In this document: one piece after another, positions 18,232-28,207 of the stretch | How the letters are laid out: every line of letters starts with the position of its first letter | Numbering within the stretch: position 1 is the stretch's first letter | Assembly: GCA_046483795.1 (NCBI GenBank) | Contig: JAWOCM010000059.1 | Coordinates: forward strand, 1,964-65,963 | Source of the DNA: Desulfuromonadales bacterium | Lineage (GTDB): Bacteria; Desulfobacterota; Desulfuromonadia; Desulfuromonadales; JAWOCM01 | DNA length: 64,000 nt | Direction: 5' to 3' | Notes under the pieces: model-generated | Databases searched by the model: none | Told to the model about the DNA's origin: nothing | The model's input: the letters and a program-made list of their open reading frames with translations, nothing else | Made by a program: the position numbers and the translations under genes

Positions 18232-18906
18232 TCAACCTTCCCGGATCATCGGGGAAAGGCCCTCTCTGTCTTCAAGTCGCTCGAGGGTCTCTTGCGCCTT
18301 GCTTCGGGCCTCAAAGGGGCCGACGATCACCCTGCTCCAGACCCCCTTCTCTCCCAGGTCGACTTCACGAACCTGGGCCGGATAGCCTTTTTTATGAAGT
18401 TTTTCCTGAAGCGCCAGTGCACTCTTGATTTTTTTGAACGAAGCGACCTGCAGAGAAAAGGTTCCGCCTGCCTCAACCGATGCCGTCGAAGGCGGCGTAA
18501 CCGTTTCGGTCGCGGTCGTTTCTTCCGTATCCTGGCTTGTCTTTTTCCCAGCAATCGTCTTTTGGGCAGCCTCAACCTCGGTTGGTTCCTTCCTCTGTTC
18601 CGGAGGAAGATTGATCCCGCTGCCCATGGGAGATTTCTCACTCTTGGGCAACATTTCATAGAAGGTCAGGTTTGAGTCGGCTCCCCCGGAGGTCTCCTCA
18701 TCAGCGGTCACAGGATCCGGAGCGGGAAGCTTTTTGACCACCTCCTTGCTGCCGGAATCGCTTTTCGCAACGTCGTCGGTCCCGCTTCGGCCCACCATAA
18801 CGCCGAGTGCGAAGCTGACCAAAGCAACAGCGAGTACCATCAGGAGAAGAAGCATCGCCTGCTTCCTTTCCATTCGTCGCTGGGTCCGTGTCGTTCCCGT
18901 CCGCAT
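18232..18906 (-). CDS. SPOR-domain (septal peptidoglycan-binding) membrane protein
   Basis: The track ORF (to 19386) runs back through argS. The true start is ATG 18906, which has a GGAGG SD: MRTGTTRTQRRMERKQAMLLLLMVLAVALVSFALGV (TM segment), a low-complexity linker, then a C-terminal SPOR fold (FSLQVASFKKIKSALALQEKL..GYPAQVREVDLGEKGVWSRVIVGPF). Confidence 0.8.
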   Translation of the reverse strand: MRTGTTRTQRRMERKQAMLLLLMVLAVALVSFALGVMVGRSGTDDVAKSDSGSKEVVKKLPAPDPVTADEETSGGADSNLTFYEMLPKSEKSPMGSGINLPPEQRKEPTEVEAAQKTIAGKKTSQDTEETTATETVTPPSTASVEAGGTFSLQVASFKKIKSALALQEKLHKKGYPAQVREVDLGEKGVWSRVIVGPFEARSKAQETLERLEDREGLSPMIREG

Positions 18907-18923
18907 AGTTCCTCCAGATTGGT

Positions 18924-20588
18924 CTACATTTGTTCCGGCGCCGAGACCCCGAGCATCCTGAGGGCGTTCGCGACCACCACTCGGAAGCAATTGACCAGGT
19001 AGAGCCTGGACCGGCTGGTTTCTTTGTCTTCGGTAATAATGCGGTGACGATTGTAATAGCTGTGAAACTGCGCCGCCAGTTCCTGCAGGTAGGAAGAGAC
19101 CCGATGCGGCTCCAGGCTCTCGGCAGCAGCGGTGACCACTTCCGGATATCGCGACAGAGCTTTGATCAGAGACATTTCTTCCTCGAGCCCAAGACGGGAC
19201 AGGTCGACCTCGCCCTGCCTTGGAAGAGCGAGATTCTGCTGCATCGCATTGCGGTTGACACTGCAGACCCGCGCATGAGCGTACTGGACATAGTAAACGG
19301 GATTCTCCGTACTCTGTTTCTTGGCGAGATCGAGATCGAAATCGAGCTGGCTGTCGGAGCGACGCATCAGGAAGAAAAACCGGCAAGCGTCTCGGCCGAC
19401 CTCCTCGACCACGTCTCGAAGGGTCACGAACTGGCCGGCACGGGTGCTCATCGCTACCTGTTCGCCTTCCCGCAACAGATTCACCAGTTGGACCAGCAGG
19501 ATATTGAGACTTTCGCGCTTCTTGCCCAACCCCTCGAGCACTGCTTTCATCCGCGGCACATAGCCGTGATGGTCGGCCCCCCAGACATCGATGACCGTTT
19601 CGTATCCCAGATCGAATTTCTCTTTATGGTAGGCGATATCGGACGCGAAATAGGTCGTTGCCCCATTGGAACGCACGAGTACCCGATCCTTGTCGTCCCC
19701 ATAGTCCGAGCTACGCAGCCACAGGGCACCATCCTTTTCATAGGTCAGGCCGCGCTCCTTGAGCAGTTCTATGCTGCGCCCGACCTCACCCCGATCGTAA
19801 AGCCCCTGTTCGCTGTACCAGTTGTCGAAATGGACGCCGAATGCCGCGAGATCCTCCTCGATACCCGAAAGTATTTCCGTGCTCCCAAAGCTCGTGAACC
19901 AGCCAAGCGCCTCATCTTCCGGTACATTAAGAAATCTGCGGCCTTCACGCTCGGCCACTGCGGCAGCCATCTCTCGAATATAGTCGCCTTGATAGCAGTC
20001 CTGCGGGAAATCGACCTCTACACCCAGCACCTGACGGTAGCGGAGCAGCAGCGACTTTCCGAGAGTTTGCATCTGGTTGCCGGCATCATTGATATAGTAT
20101 TCGCGCTGCACCTGGTAGCCGGCGGTTTGAAGCAGAGACGCCGTCGCATCGCCCAGCGCCGCTCCTCGGCCATGACCGATGTGAAGCGGGCCTGTCGGGT
20201 TGGCGCTGACGAACTCGATCTGAATCCTGCGGCCGCAACCGTAATCGGTTTCGCCGTAATGTTCGCCCTGGCGAGCGATCTCGTCGAGAACACCGCACCA
20301 GCTGCGGTTGCTCAGGAAGAAATTGATAAATCCCGGGCCGGCAATTTCGAGGCGCTCCCAGGCCCCTGTTTCAGCAGCAAGCTCTTCGACCAGTACGTCG
20401 GCAATCTGGCGAGGTGATCGGCGCTCGGGCTTGGCCAACATCAGGGCGAGGTTGGTGGCATAATCTCCATGCTCGGCACGAGCAGGGACTTCGAGGGTAA
20501 AGTCCGGGACTTCCCCGCAGGTCAACTGCCCTTTGTCGTAACAGGACTTCAGGGCCTTTTCAATACGTAGCCGCAACTGTTTCTTCAT
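18924..20588 (-). CDS. argS: Arginine--tRNA ligase
   Basis: 554 aa containing SANPTGPLHIGHGRGA (HIGH motif), MSTRAG (KMSKS-like motif) and a C-terminal DALR anticodon-binding domain. Confidence 0.95.
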   Translation of the reverse strand: MKKQLRLRIEKALKSCYDKGQLTCGEVPDFTLEVPARAEHGDYATNLALMLAKPERRSPRQIADVLVEELAAETGAWERLEIAGPGFINFFLSNRSWCGVLDEIARQGEHYGETDYGCGRRIQIEFVSANPTGPLHIGHGRGAALGDATASLLQTAGYQVQREYYINDAGNQMQTLGKSLLLRYRQVLGVEVDFPQDCYQGDYIREMAAAVAEREGRRFLNVPEDEALGWFTSFGSTEILSGIEEDLAAFGVHFDNWYSEQGLYDRGEVGRSIELLKERGLTYEKDGALWLRSSDYGDDKDRVLVRSNGATTYFASDIAYHKEKFDLGYETVIDVWGADHHGYVPRMKAVLEGLGKKRESLNILLVQLVNLLREGEQVAMSTRAGQFVTLRDVVEEVGRDACRFFFLMRRSDSQLDFDLDLAKKQSTENPVYYVQYAHARVCSVNRNAMQQNLALPRQGEVDLSRLGLEEEMSLIKALSRYPEVVTAAAESLEPHRVSSYLQELAAQFHSYYNRHRIITEDKETSRSRLYLVNCFRVVVANALRMLGVSAPEQM

Positions 20589-20724
20589 ATTTAAGCTATT
20601 TCCCTTCGGGGAGACGGGACACTGTTCGATTCGTCCTGATTAAAAAACGGGCCATGTTAGCGCCGTGAAGCGAGAAGTGTCAAGCTCTTGCATCAGAGGC
20701 CGACCCCGGAAGATGTCCAGCCTG

Positions 20725-21078
20725 TCACTTCTTCGGAGCTGTTTTATCCTCGACATCCGGGGGAGAGGACGGTTCGGGCGAGAACTGGTAAACAAGTTCA
20801 TCGTCCTTCACCATCCCAAGATCTCTCCGGGCGACATCTTCGATATATTCGAGATCGTTGCGAAGCAGATTTATCTCCTTTCGCAAGGCCTCATTACTTT
20901 CCTGCAGACTCTGGATTTTCGCCTCCAGCGAGTGTTTTTCCTGGCTGAGCTTGTAGGCGCGCAGAACTCCTTTCTCTCCGAAGAGAGCCAGCGCCAGCAT
21001 GACGACAAGTAGGAGCAGAGCAAAACGCCCCTGAACGCCGAGGTGGACTTTTCGCTTTTTGCTTTCTGGTGAGGGCAT
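20725..21078 (-). CDS. ftsB: Septum formation initiator family protein (FtsB/DivIC-like)
   Basis: 117 aa with a single TM segment (RFALLLLVVMLALALF), a coiled coil (LSQEKHSLEAKIQSLQESNEALRKEINLLRND), and EYIEDVARRDLGMV. Confidence 0.75.
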   Translation of the reverse strand: MPSPESKKRKVHLGVQGRFALLLLVVMLALALFGEKGVLRAYKLSQEKHSLEAKIQSLQESNEALRKEINLLRNDLEYIEDVARRDLGMVKDDELVYQFSPEPSSPPDVEDKTAPKK

Positions 21079-21157
21079 GAATCAAATCCCGGATGGTTTT
21101 AGGGATCAATAATGACATCGTTCCAAATCGTAAATCAAGCCTGTTGAAAAAGAAAAA

Positions 21158-21178
21158 GGCCCGTCTTGAAGACGGGCC
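21158..21178 (-). terminator. Rho-independent terminator after the small ComEA-like gene
   Basis: GGCCCGTC-ttcaa-GACGGGCC followed by TTTTTCTTTTTC on the minus strand, 30 nt after the stop at 21208. Confidence 0.78.
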
Positions 21179-21207
21179 TTTTGGAAGCAGCTGGAGAGTG
21201 TTGTCAA

Positions 21208-21507
21208 TTACTCGACAGCCACCATGGGTCGGATTTTGTCCATGGTTTTTTGGCCGATCCCTTTGACCTTCATCAGGTCCTGCGGTTGCTGGAACTGGCC
21301 GACATTTTCACGGTAATCGACGATCCGCTGGGAAATGGCACTGCCGACACCGGCCAATTGCTGCAGCTCCTCCGGCGAGGCGTCATTAATGTTAACCGCC
21401 GAGACAGCCTGGTCAGCGGCCATGTTCGCTTCGGCCGCCAAAATGGAGGACGGGACGGAAAGGGCGCAGCTCACAGCGATCAGCAAACCGACAAAAAGCT
21501 TTTTCAA
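21208..21507 (-). CDS. Secreted ComEA-family helix-hairpin-helix DNA-binding protein
   Basis: 99 aa with a signal peptide (MKKLFVGLLIAVSCALSVPSSILA) and HhH motifs (ELQQLAGVGSAISQRIV..LMKVKGIGQKTMDKI). It uses a TTG start with a GGAGAG SD. Confidence 0.75.
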   Translation of the reverse strand: MKKLFVGLLIAVSCALSVPSSILAAEANMAADQAVSAVNINDASPEELQQLAGVGSAISQRIVDYRENVGQFQQPQDLMKVKGIGQKTMDKIRPMVAVE

Positions 21508-21640
21508 TGGTTCTCTCCTTGCAAAGTTGTTTCATGTGCCGTCAATAAAGGCCCATGAAGGTTAACGATGCATTATTTTTATATTCACTTCATGCCATTG
21601 TCAAGAAAAAAACTCCTCCGGATCGCCTTGCCTGGCCGCG

Positions 21641-23737
21641 TTACGTTCCCCCCTCGTCGTCATCACTCAGGCTTCCTCCGAATTCGAGGACATTGCCCAC
21701 CCCGGTCATGGAAAAGGTCACAAAGTACTCTTCATCTTCAAGCCGGTCGCGATAGGACAAGAACAGGCTCCAGCATTGAGAACGATACTCGACCTTGGCG
21801 ACCTTCTCCAGAGACCGACTCTCGCTGAGGTTGTAACGATGCTCATACCTCGCATAAAGCGGCTTGAGCCAGGCCAGGTCGATGCTTCCCGAGACATAAT
21901 CCGTATTATCGCGCTGATACCGCGTTTCGACAGCGATCGCATTGCCGGAATCGTCACGAGCACCAACGCGGGTGGCGAATGAACGGAAGCGGTCTGAGAA
22001 CGATGAAGAGCTGTCATGAACATCGTAATCGGCATCGATATCAAGGTAGGTCCGGGAGGTGGGCTGAAGGATCAGCTCAAGGCGCACATCGCCAAAGGGC
22101 TCTTCTTCAGTGTCATCGTTCCGCGCTTTGCGGATATCATATTCCTGGGAAAGACGCAAATAGAGGAAGTCATGGTAGCGAGTGCCTCCCTCCGAATCAA
22201 GTTTGGCTGTAAACCGGTTGGTCAGGGCATAGCGCAGCAGGTTCTTCGCCCCGATACGATCGAAGCGATCGAATCGCGGCAGGCGGCTCTGGTCTTCCTC
22301 GGGCACATAGAGGTAGTCGACTTCCGGTTCGATGCTGTGGCGGATTTTGGAGATGCGGTCGCCACCAAGGTGGAAAACCCGGGAGACCTGGGTACTGAGA
22401 TTGCCGAATATATCGTAAATCCCCTCTCCGACGTTCCCCGGCCCCTCGTCAGAGGTCCAGTATTGCCGATATCGGTACCCACTGCCCATCTCGAGTGACA
22501 AGCCTGCGGTACGGGTGACCAGTGCAAGCTCGGGTCGGGTGGACAAACGCACTCCGCGAACGCCCTCGCGGCGCCAGAAGTAAACTGAAGAGGCCTCGAG
22601 TCCGTAATAAAGCGGTGTTTCCCCGAAACTCCTCCTGTTGGCTACATATTCGATTTCGGGCAGACGCTGCAGCGTCTGATCGTTGTCCCCTTCAAGGTTC
22701 TCCGTATATTTCAACTGGAAAGTCAGGGCGCTTTTATCCATCTGCTTGTTCAGACTCAGAATCGACTCGACCTGTGACTTGTTGTACTCCTCGGCAATTT
22801 CACCGAAATCCTCAAAATACTCCCGGTCGCTGACATACTCGGCATCAGCTGACAAGCGGATCTGGCCCGGTAATGTCCCTTCGTGCTCCCAGTCTAAAGC
22901 ATGGCGGTTCTCATGGCCATGAGTCCCGTTGACATGGTAGCCCTTGAATTCTCCCTCGTTGTCGTCGCCCAGAATATAGCGATACTCCAGCCCTTTTCCC
23001 ACCCCCATCCTGCTGAGGTAATCAAGGTAAAAGGTCGCATCCATATTCCGTGCGAGCACAAGATAGTAGGCAAGGGAGAGCTCCACCCCTTTCGAATCGG
23101 AATGGCCGTAGCGCGGCATGAGAAATCCCGACTCCCGCTCAGTTTTCACAGGGTAGACAAGATAGGGCAGATATAAGACGGGAATGTCGCGAATGCGGAA
23201 AAGAACATGTTTGGCACGGGCGTACCCACCGAGCGTGACGTCGAGGTGGCGGGCGCCGAACTTCCAGTCGGGGACCTCCCCGTCGCAGGTCGTGAACGTC
23301 CCTTTTGTTATGCGGAAATCGTTCTCGCCGACTTTTTCGATAGCATCGCCGACAATATGGAAGTTGCGCTCCTTCGCAAAAACCCGGCCCTGCTGCAGTA
23401 CCCCCTGCTCGGTTTCCAGATTGAAATCGAGGGACTCCCCGACCATGATATTCCCCTGATCCTCCATCCGCACGCCGTCAGTGGCCAGAACATCCCCTGT
23501 GTCGGCCTCCCAGCGCATCGATTCGGTTTTGATGTCCATATCACCGTAGCGCATGTGCACCGAGCCCTCGGCACGATAGGTCTGGGTCTTCTCGTCGAAG
23601 CGGAACTCGTCGGCTTCGATTGCCACAGGCCCTTCTGAATCGCCGACATCGCCCAGGGGCTGAGCCAGAGGCTGCCCGGTGATCAACAGCGACAGCACAA
23701 TCAATATCAGGAGCTTATAAGTATGGTAATGACACAT
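21641..23737 (-). CDS. lptD: LPS-assembly outer-membrane protein LptD
   Basis: 698 aa with a signal peptide, an OstA-like N-terminal domain (IEADEFRFDEKTQTYRAEGSVHMRYGD..) and a long beta-barrel with alternating aromatic residues. Confidence 0.85.
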   Translation of the reverse strand: MCHYHTYKLLILIVLSLLITGQPLAQPLGDVGDSEGPVAIEADEFRFDEKTQTYRAEGSVHMRYGDMDIKTESMRWEADTGDVLATDGVRMEDQGNIMVGESLDFNLETEQGVLQQGRVFAKERNFHIVGDAIEKVGENDFRITKGTFTTCDGEVPDWKFGARHLDVTLGGYARAKHVLFRIRDIPVLYLPYLVYPVKTERESGFLMPRYGHSDSKGVELSLAYYLVLARNMDATFYLDYLSRMGVGKGLEYRYILGDDNEGEFKGYHVNGTHGHENRHALDWEHEGTLPGQIRLSADAEYVSDREYFEDFGEIAEEYNKSQVESILSLNKQMDKSALTFQLKYTENLEGDNDQTLQRLPEIEYVANRRSFGETPLYYGLEASSVYFWRREGVRGVRLSTRPELALVTRTAGLSLEMGSGYRYRQYWTSDEGPGNVGEGIYDIFGNLSTQVSRVFHLGGDRISKIRHSIEPEVDYLYVPEEDQSRLPRFDRFDRIGAKNLLRYALTNRFTAKLDSEGGTRYHDFLYLRLSQEYDIRKARNDDTEEEPFGDVRLELILQPTSRTYLDIDADYDVHDSSSSFSDRFRSFATRVGARDDSGNAIAVETRYQRDNTDYVSGSIDLAWLKPLYARYEHRYNLSESRSLEKVAKVEYRSQCWSLFLSYRDRLEDEEYFVTFSMTGVGNVLEFGGSLSDDDEGGT

Positions 23738-25012
23738 TCAGACAGACGCGCCTTTCAATGCAAGGAGCCATTTTCGAGCCGCAGCAACCAGAAACAGGGA
23801 ACCGGCAACCAGAACAATTTCACCGGTACGCTTTTCACGCAGGGCCTCCTTCAAGGCATCTTCGACCGAAGCAAAACCCTGTGCAGACGAGCCGGAGGCC
23901 GTGACACACGTCACGATTTCAGATCGCTCAACTGCCGTCTCGCTGGGCGGTTCACAGACATAAACCTTTTTCGCAAAAGGCAGGATTTCAGCCAGAAGGG
24001 CACGATAGTCCTTGTCCCCCTTGAAACCGACAACCCAGCGCAGGCGAACCGGCAGTTCAAGTGTCTCAAGATAAGCGGCTAGAGCCTGCATGCTGGCAAT
24101 GTTGTGAGCGCCATCGAGCAAAACAGTTCTGCTTCCCTGCCACCATTCGAGGCGGCCGGGCCAGTCAACCTGCCTCAGCCCCTGCCGTAGTGCCCCGTCG
24201 GTGCACTCGAAACCCCGCGCTGCCAGAATCTGGGCCGCCGCAACAGCCAGGGCCATATTATCAAACTGATGGGCTCCGATCAGGGATGTCTGCAGGTCGG
24301 TTATATTTTTTCCGAAACCGATAAAGTTGAACCCGACGTCACTGGCCTCGGCTCGAAATGCCTCGCCGCAAACATCCAGGGGAGCGTTCACCCGACCCGA
24401 CCGGTTGCGGATGACATCCAGGGCTTCCCGGGGTTGCCGGGCACTCACCACGGGAACGCCTGACTTGATGATGCCCGCTTTTTCGGCTGCGATCTTTGGC
24501 AGATCCTTGCCCAGATGCTCGGCATGATCGATGCTGACGGGAGTCAGGACTGTCAGGCAGGGCTCGACAACGTTGGTTGCATCGAGCCGCCCGCCCATGC
24601 CGACTTCGAGAATGGCGATATCGACCTTGCGCCTCTGGAAATAGCACAAGGCCAGAGCGGTGGTAAATTCGAAGAAGGTTGCAGGGATCGGCCGAACCAG
24701 GGATCGCAACTCATCTGTGAGAGATGCAACATCGCTTTCGCTGATTGTCTCAGCGTCGATGCGGATACGTTCTGTGAACGAGAGCAGGTGCGGGGACGTG
24801 TAGAGGCCAACCCGGTACCCTCCCTGGCGGAGGATAGCGGCGAGGGCGGCCGAGACGGAGCCCTTGCCGTTGGTCCCCCCGACGTGAACCACGGGGAAGT
24901 CCCGCTGGGGGTTGCCCAGGTCTTCGAGCAATGCCCGGATATTGTCGAGACCCAGCTTTATGCCGAAGCGCTGGAGGCCGTAGAGGTAATCCAGACTTCC
25001 GCGGTAGTCCAC
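23738..25012 (-). CDS. folC: Bifunctional folylpolyglutamate synthase / dihydrofolate synthase
   Basis: 424 aa with the Mur-ligase P-loop HVGGTNGKGS, plus YTSPHL and EVGMGGRLDATN. Confidence 0.9.
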   Translation of the reverse strand: MDYRGSLDYLYGLQRFGIKLGLDNIRALLEDLGNPQRDFPVVHVGGTNGKGSVSAALAAILRQGGYRVGLYTSPHLLSFTERIRIDAETISESDVASLTDELRSLVRPIPATFFEFTTALALCYFQRRKVDIAILEVGMGGRLDATNVVEPCLTVLTPVSIDHAEHLGKDLPKIAAEKAGIIKSGVPVVSARQPREALDVIRNRSGRVNAPLDVCGEAFRAEASDVGFNFIGFGKNITDLQTSLIGAHQFDNMALAVAAAQILAARGFECTDGALRQGLRQVDWPGRLEWWQGSRTVLLDGAHNIASMQALAAYLETLELPVRLRWVVGFKGDKDYRALLAEILPFAKKVYVCEPPSETAVERSEIVTCVTASGSSAQGFASVEDALKEALREKRTGEIVLVAGSLFLVAAARKWLLALKGASV

Positions 25013-25015
25013 CCC

Positions 25016-25873
25016 TCAGCTCTTGGTGAGAACGCGAAGGATCTGGGCAAGGCGTGCCTTCATCTCCTTGCGTGAAACGATCATGTCGACCATTCCATGC
25101 TCCAGCAGATATTCAGAGCGCTGGAAACCCTCGGGCAGCTTCTGACGGATGGTCTGCTCGATAACCCGAGGTCCGGCAAAACCGATCAACGCCTTCGGTT
25201 CGGCGATATTCAGATCGCCGAGCATGGCAAAGCTGGCCGTCACGCCGCCGGTGGTGGGATCTGTCAGGATCGAAAGGAACGGAACCCCGGCCTCCTTGAG
25301 CTTGGCCAGAGCAGCACTTGTCTTGGCCATCTGCATCAGGGAGAGAATACTCTCCTGCATTCTGGCGCCACCGGAGGAAGAGAAAATAAGCAAGGGAGCC
25401 TTTTGGTCAAGGGATCGCTCGATGGCGCGCGTGATTTTTTCCCCCACCACGGAGCCCATGCTGCCACCGAGAAAACCGAAATCGAAAACGGATACGACAA
25501 CGGGCAGCCCCTCGATCGATCCTTCGCCGCACACCACGGCATCACCGCCCCCGCTCTTCTTCACCGCGGCCTTGATCCGGTCCTTGTACTTTTTGGAGTC
25601 CTTGAAATCGAGAAAATCCACCGATTGCAAATGGGCGTCCATTTCACTGAAGGACCCCTCGTCGAGAACAAGCTCGATACGCTTTCGCGCGCTGATGCGA
25701 AAATGGTAGTCGCATTTGGGGCAAACGTTCAGGTTTTTCTCGATTTCCTGGGTATAGATGATTTCATTGCAGTTCTTGCATTTGGTCCAAACGCCTTCAG
25801 GCATTTTGACTTTTTTTTCTTCATCCTGTTTGGCGGCCTCGATAGGCGCCTTTTTCTTCTTGAACCACGGCAT
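25016..25873 (-). CDS. accD: Acetyl-CoA carboxylase carboxyltransferase beta subunit
   Basis: 285 aa with an N-terminal zinc ribbon ([23 protein letters not shown]) and a carboxyltransferase domain ([20 protein letters not shown]). Confidence 0.93.
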   Translation of the reverse strand: MPWFKKKKAPIEAAKQDEEKKVKMPEGVWTKCKNCNEIIYTQEIEKNLNVCPKCDYHFRISARKRIELVLDEGSFSEMDAHLQSVDFLDFKDSKKYKDRIKAAVKKSGGGDAVVCGEGSIEGLPVVVSVFDFGFLGGSMGSVVGEKITRAIERSLDQKAPLLIFSSSGGARMQESILSLMQMAKTSAALAKLKEAGVPFLSILTDPTTGGVTASFAMLGDLNIAEPKALIGFAGPRVIEQTIRQKLPEGFQRSEYLLEHGMVDMIVSRKEMKARLAQILRVLTKS

Positions 25874-26085
25874 ATTTCAACCTCGCTTTTCCGAGTCGGC
25901 TTCTCAAGGAAGTACGACTCACCGCCTTTCAGAGCCTGACACCGCTTACGCTCCAGGGCCAACGGCTCCGTCAGTGTTTTATCGAGAAACTCCTGTATGA
26001 TCTGGCTGACTGGACTGGCAAGCTCTTCGCAACTTTTCTTTCCCGGCTCGCCGGCCGCATCATCTCTTCTTGAAAAAAACAATAC

Positions 26086-26895
26086 CTATTCGCTGGCGTC
26101 ATTCCCCATGCCAGCCTTCAGTGCCGCCACATACTCCCCTACCCGATCCAGCATGTCAGGCGATTGGCCATATGCTTCTATTATCTTGACGAGAGCCGAA
26201 CCGACGACCACGGCATCGGCGAACTGTGCAACGGCAGCTGCATCCTCGGCAGAAGAAATCCCGAACCCGACAGCCACGGGAACCGCAGCATGACCGCGCA
26301 GTTCAGTCACATCAGGAGCGACCACCGATGGGTCGACCCGGGCCGAACCGGTCACACCCGTCATCGACACATAGTAAATGAAGCCCTCGGCTTCGGCCGC
26401 CAGCTTTCGTCGACGATCCGGGGGCGATGTCGGTGCAAGCAATGTAATGCAGGCGATGCCGGCCGGCTGGAGAAAAGAGCGAAGCTCGGGAGTTTCCTCG
26501 AAGGGCAGATCGACAAGCAGCACGCCGTCGACTCCGGCCTCTGAAGCATCGCGAGCAAAAAGCTCGGCGCCGTATTTGAACACAGGATTATAATACCCCA
26601 TGAGAATAATAGGGACATTGGTGTGTTGGCGAACTCGCCGCACCAGGTCAAGAACACCTGCCAGGGTTGTCCCCGCCGTCAAGGCCCGGATAGATGCCGC
26701 CTGAATAGTCGGACCATCGGCCATGGGGTCGGAAAACGGCACGCCCAATTCGATAAGATCGGCACCGTTGGCCACAAGGGCGTGAACAATCTGTTCGGTG
26801 GTTTCCAGATCCGGATCCCCGGCTGTCACATAGGGAATCAGGGCCTTCTCACCCCTGCCCTTCAAGGCTTCGAATGTCGCTGCAATCCGGCTCAT
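26086..26895 (-). CDS. trpA: Tryptophan synthase alpha chain
   Basis: 269 aa containing LIPYVTAGDPD..ELGVPFSDPMADGPTIQ..YVSMTGVTG..VGFGIS. Confidence 0.93.
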   Translation of the reverse strand: MSRIAATFEALKGRGEKALIPYVTAGDPDLETTEQIVHALVANGADLIELGVPFSDPMADGPTIQAASIRALTAGTTLAGVLDLVRRVRQHTNVPIILMGYYNPVFKYGAELFARDASEAGVDGVLLVDLPFEETPELRSFLQPAGIACITLLAPTSPPDRRRKLAAEAEGFIYYVSMTGVTGSARVDPSVVAPDVTELRGHAAVPVAVGFGISSAEDAAAVAQFADAVVVGSALVKIIEAYGQSPDMLDRVGEYVAALKAGMGNDASE

Positions 26896-26967
26896 GCCTT
26901 ATGATGTCCTTTGATAATTCACAATTTCGTCAGTCTAAAAAAACAGTGGTCACTTTTCAACTCATTT

Positions 26968-27648
26968 CTAACCCGACTCCGGTCTGGCCAATTCACTGGC
27001 TTGATCGAGCAGATCCCCGAACATCTCAGGGGTCATCCGCCCCGTCTGAACATTGTACCGGCTGGTATGATAACTGGACAAAACCCACGGTCCTTCGGGC
27101 GGACGAAAGGCCTGCCCATGACGGAACGGATGATCGGAAAGCCGTCCGATCACACCATTGCTCTTGAGCAGCTTGAGGTAACTCAGATACGCTTCCCGAC
27201 CGAGTAGTACAAGGACCCGCAACCTTTCCAGGCTGGCGAGTTCCTCCTCCAGGTAGGTCTGGCATCGCTCGAATTCATCTGTTTTCGGCTTGTTCTCCGG
27301 CGGTACGCACTTCACGGCATTGGTAATGTACAAATCGTCAAGGACCAGTCCGTCCTGGCTGTGTTCCGCCTCGGGTTGACTGGTAAATCCGGCGCGATAA
27401 AGAAGCGGATACATGAAGTCCCCGGCACCGTCACCCGTAAAGGGGCGCCCCGTGCGGTTGGCCCCGTGAGCGCCCGGTGCCAGCCCGACCAGGCATATCC
27501 GGGCTTTCGGGTCGCCGAATCCGGGGACCGGCCGCGCCCAGTAATCGCTCCGCGTATATTGTTTTTTGGGCGGCAGCGTTTCGATATAACGACTCAGACG
27601 CGGGCAGCGGCAGCACTCGACCAGCCCCGGCACTTTCGCTCCCAGCAT
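26968..27648 (-). CDS. Uracil-DNA glycosylase, Fe-S type (family 5/UdgB-like)
   Basis: The track ORF extends to 27888, but the start is ATG 27648, which overlaps the upstream stop (TAATG). The protein has MLGAKVPGLVECCRCPRL (cluster cysteines), GLAPGAHGANRTGRPFTGD (the family-4/5 motif with an Ala/Gly-rich active site) and HTSRYN. Confidence 0.78.
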   Translation of the reverse strand: MLGAKVPGLVECCRCPRLSRYIETLPPKKQYTRSDYWARPVPGFGDPKARICLVGLAPGAHGANRTGRPFTGDGAGDFMYPLLYRAGFTSQPEAEHSQDGLVLDDLYITNAVKCVPPENKPKTDEFERCQTYLEEELASLERLRVLVLLGREAYLSYLKLLKSNGVIGRLSDHPFRHGQAFRPPEGPWVLSSYHTSRYNVQTGRMTPEMFGDLLDQASELARPESG

Positions 27649-28178
27649 TATATCCCCTTCTCGGTTTCGGCGCCTGGCCTTCTTGCCTTCAGGCGCTCCT
27701 GCAGGGCCTGAAGAACCTGTTTCTGATATTGGCTGAACGCTTTTTTGCCGGTAAAACGGGCCAGAAAAGCCTGGGGGCCTTGGAGGCTGTTTTCCATTGA
27801 AACGAGAATACCGTTCGATTTTTTCTCGAGCCGCACAATCGTCCGGGTCGTGCTTCCCAGCACACCGGCAGAACCCCAGGAGAGGCAATCTCCCTGTCGA
27901 TAGATCTCCACGATCGCCGGCACTCTCTCCGGCCTGCCTTCGAGTCTCAGGGCCATCATGGCTCCCTTGGACCAGGCGGGATCAAGTTCAGCCGCCCTAA
28001 CGCCAGGCCACCATTCCGGCCAGGCATTGACATCGGTGAGCACGCTCCAGATTGCCCGCGGTGGTTCTTCCAGGATCCGGGATTCCTCAACGGCAAAGCT
28101 GGCATCACGGGTCGCTGCCATCATGATGCCGAAACAAAGCAAAACCACAGCAGCGAGTAAAAGGGCTTTTTTCAGCAT
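27648..28178 (-). CDS. SRPBCC (START/polyketide-cyclase-like) family protein with N-terminal signal/anchor
   Basis: 176 aa. The N-terminus is hydrophobic (LLLAAVVLLCFGIMMA). IWSVLTDVNAWPEWWPGV is typical of SRPBCC ligand-binding folds. Confidence 0.6.
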   Translation of the reverse strand: MLKKALLLAAVVLLCFGIMMAATRDASFAVEESRILEEPPRAIWSVLTDVNAWPEWWPGVRAAELDPAWSKGAMMALRLEGRPERVPAIVEIYRQGDCLSWGSAGVLGSTTRTIVRLEKKSNGILVSMENSLQGPQAFLARFTGKKAFSQYQKQVLQALQERLKARRPGAETEKGI

Positions 28179-28207
28179 CGCTCACCTGCCCGTGAAGGCA
28201 GCGGAAT

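Noticed and set aside
18907-19386. N-terminal extensions of track ORFs that run back into the preceding gene: SPOR protein to 19386, UDG to 27888, rlmD from 61165, pyrF to 55351, rplO, rplE, rplN, rpmC, and the lipoprotein to 63394.
   Set aside because: The extensions overlap well-supported upstream genes, and their sequence is Arg/Ser/Gly/Pro-rich nonsense. Internal ATGs with SD motifs give canonical N-termini. I trimmed these to the internal starts.
20589-20724. A possible structured element or T-box upstream of argS, and likewise at 58222-58380 upstream of proS.
   Set aside because: I found only short hairpins (a UCCC-CGAA-GGGA tetraloop hairpin and a GCAUUU...AAAUGC stem) and ordinary promoter-like hexamers. 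There is no specifier or T-box sequence, and T-boxes are not expected in this lineage.
25729-26082. A 117-aa minus-strand ORF (TTG start) filling the 212-nt trpA-accD spacer and overlapping the accD start by 145 nt in another frame. Also a 30-aa ATG ORF (MMRPASRERKVAKS...) in the same spacer.
   Set aside because: Neither has an SD motif. The first uses a non-ATG start, overlaps a firm gene out of frame, and has a basic, low-complexity C-terminal half. The spacer more likely holds the accD promoter and leader; a GAGTCG...CGACTC hairpin is present.
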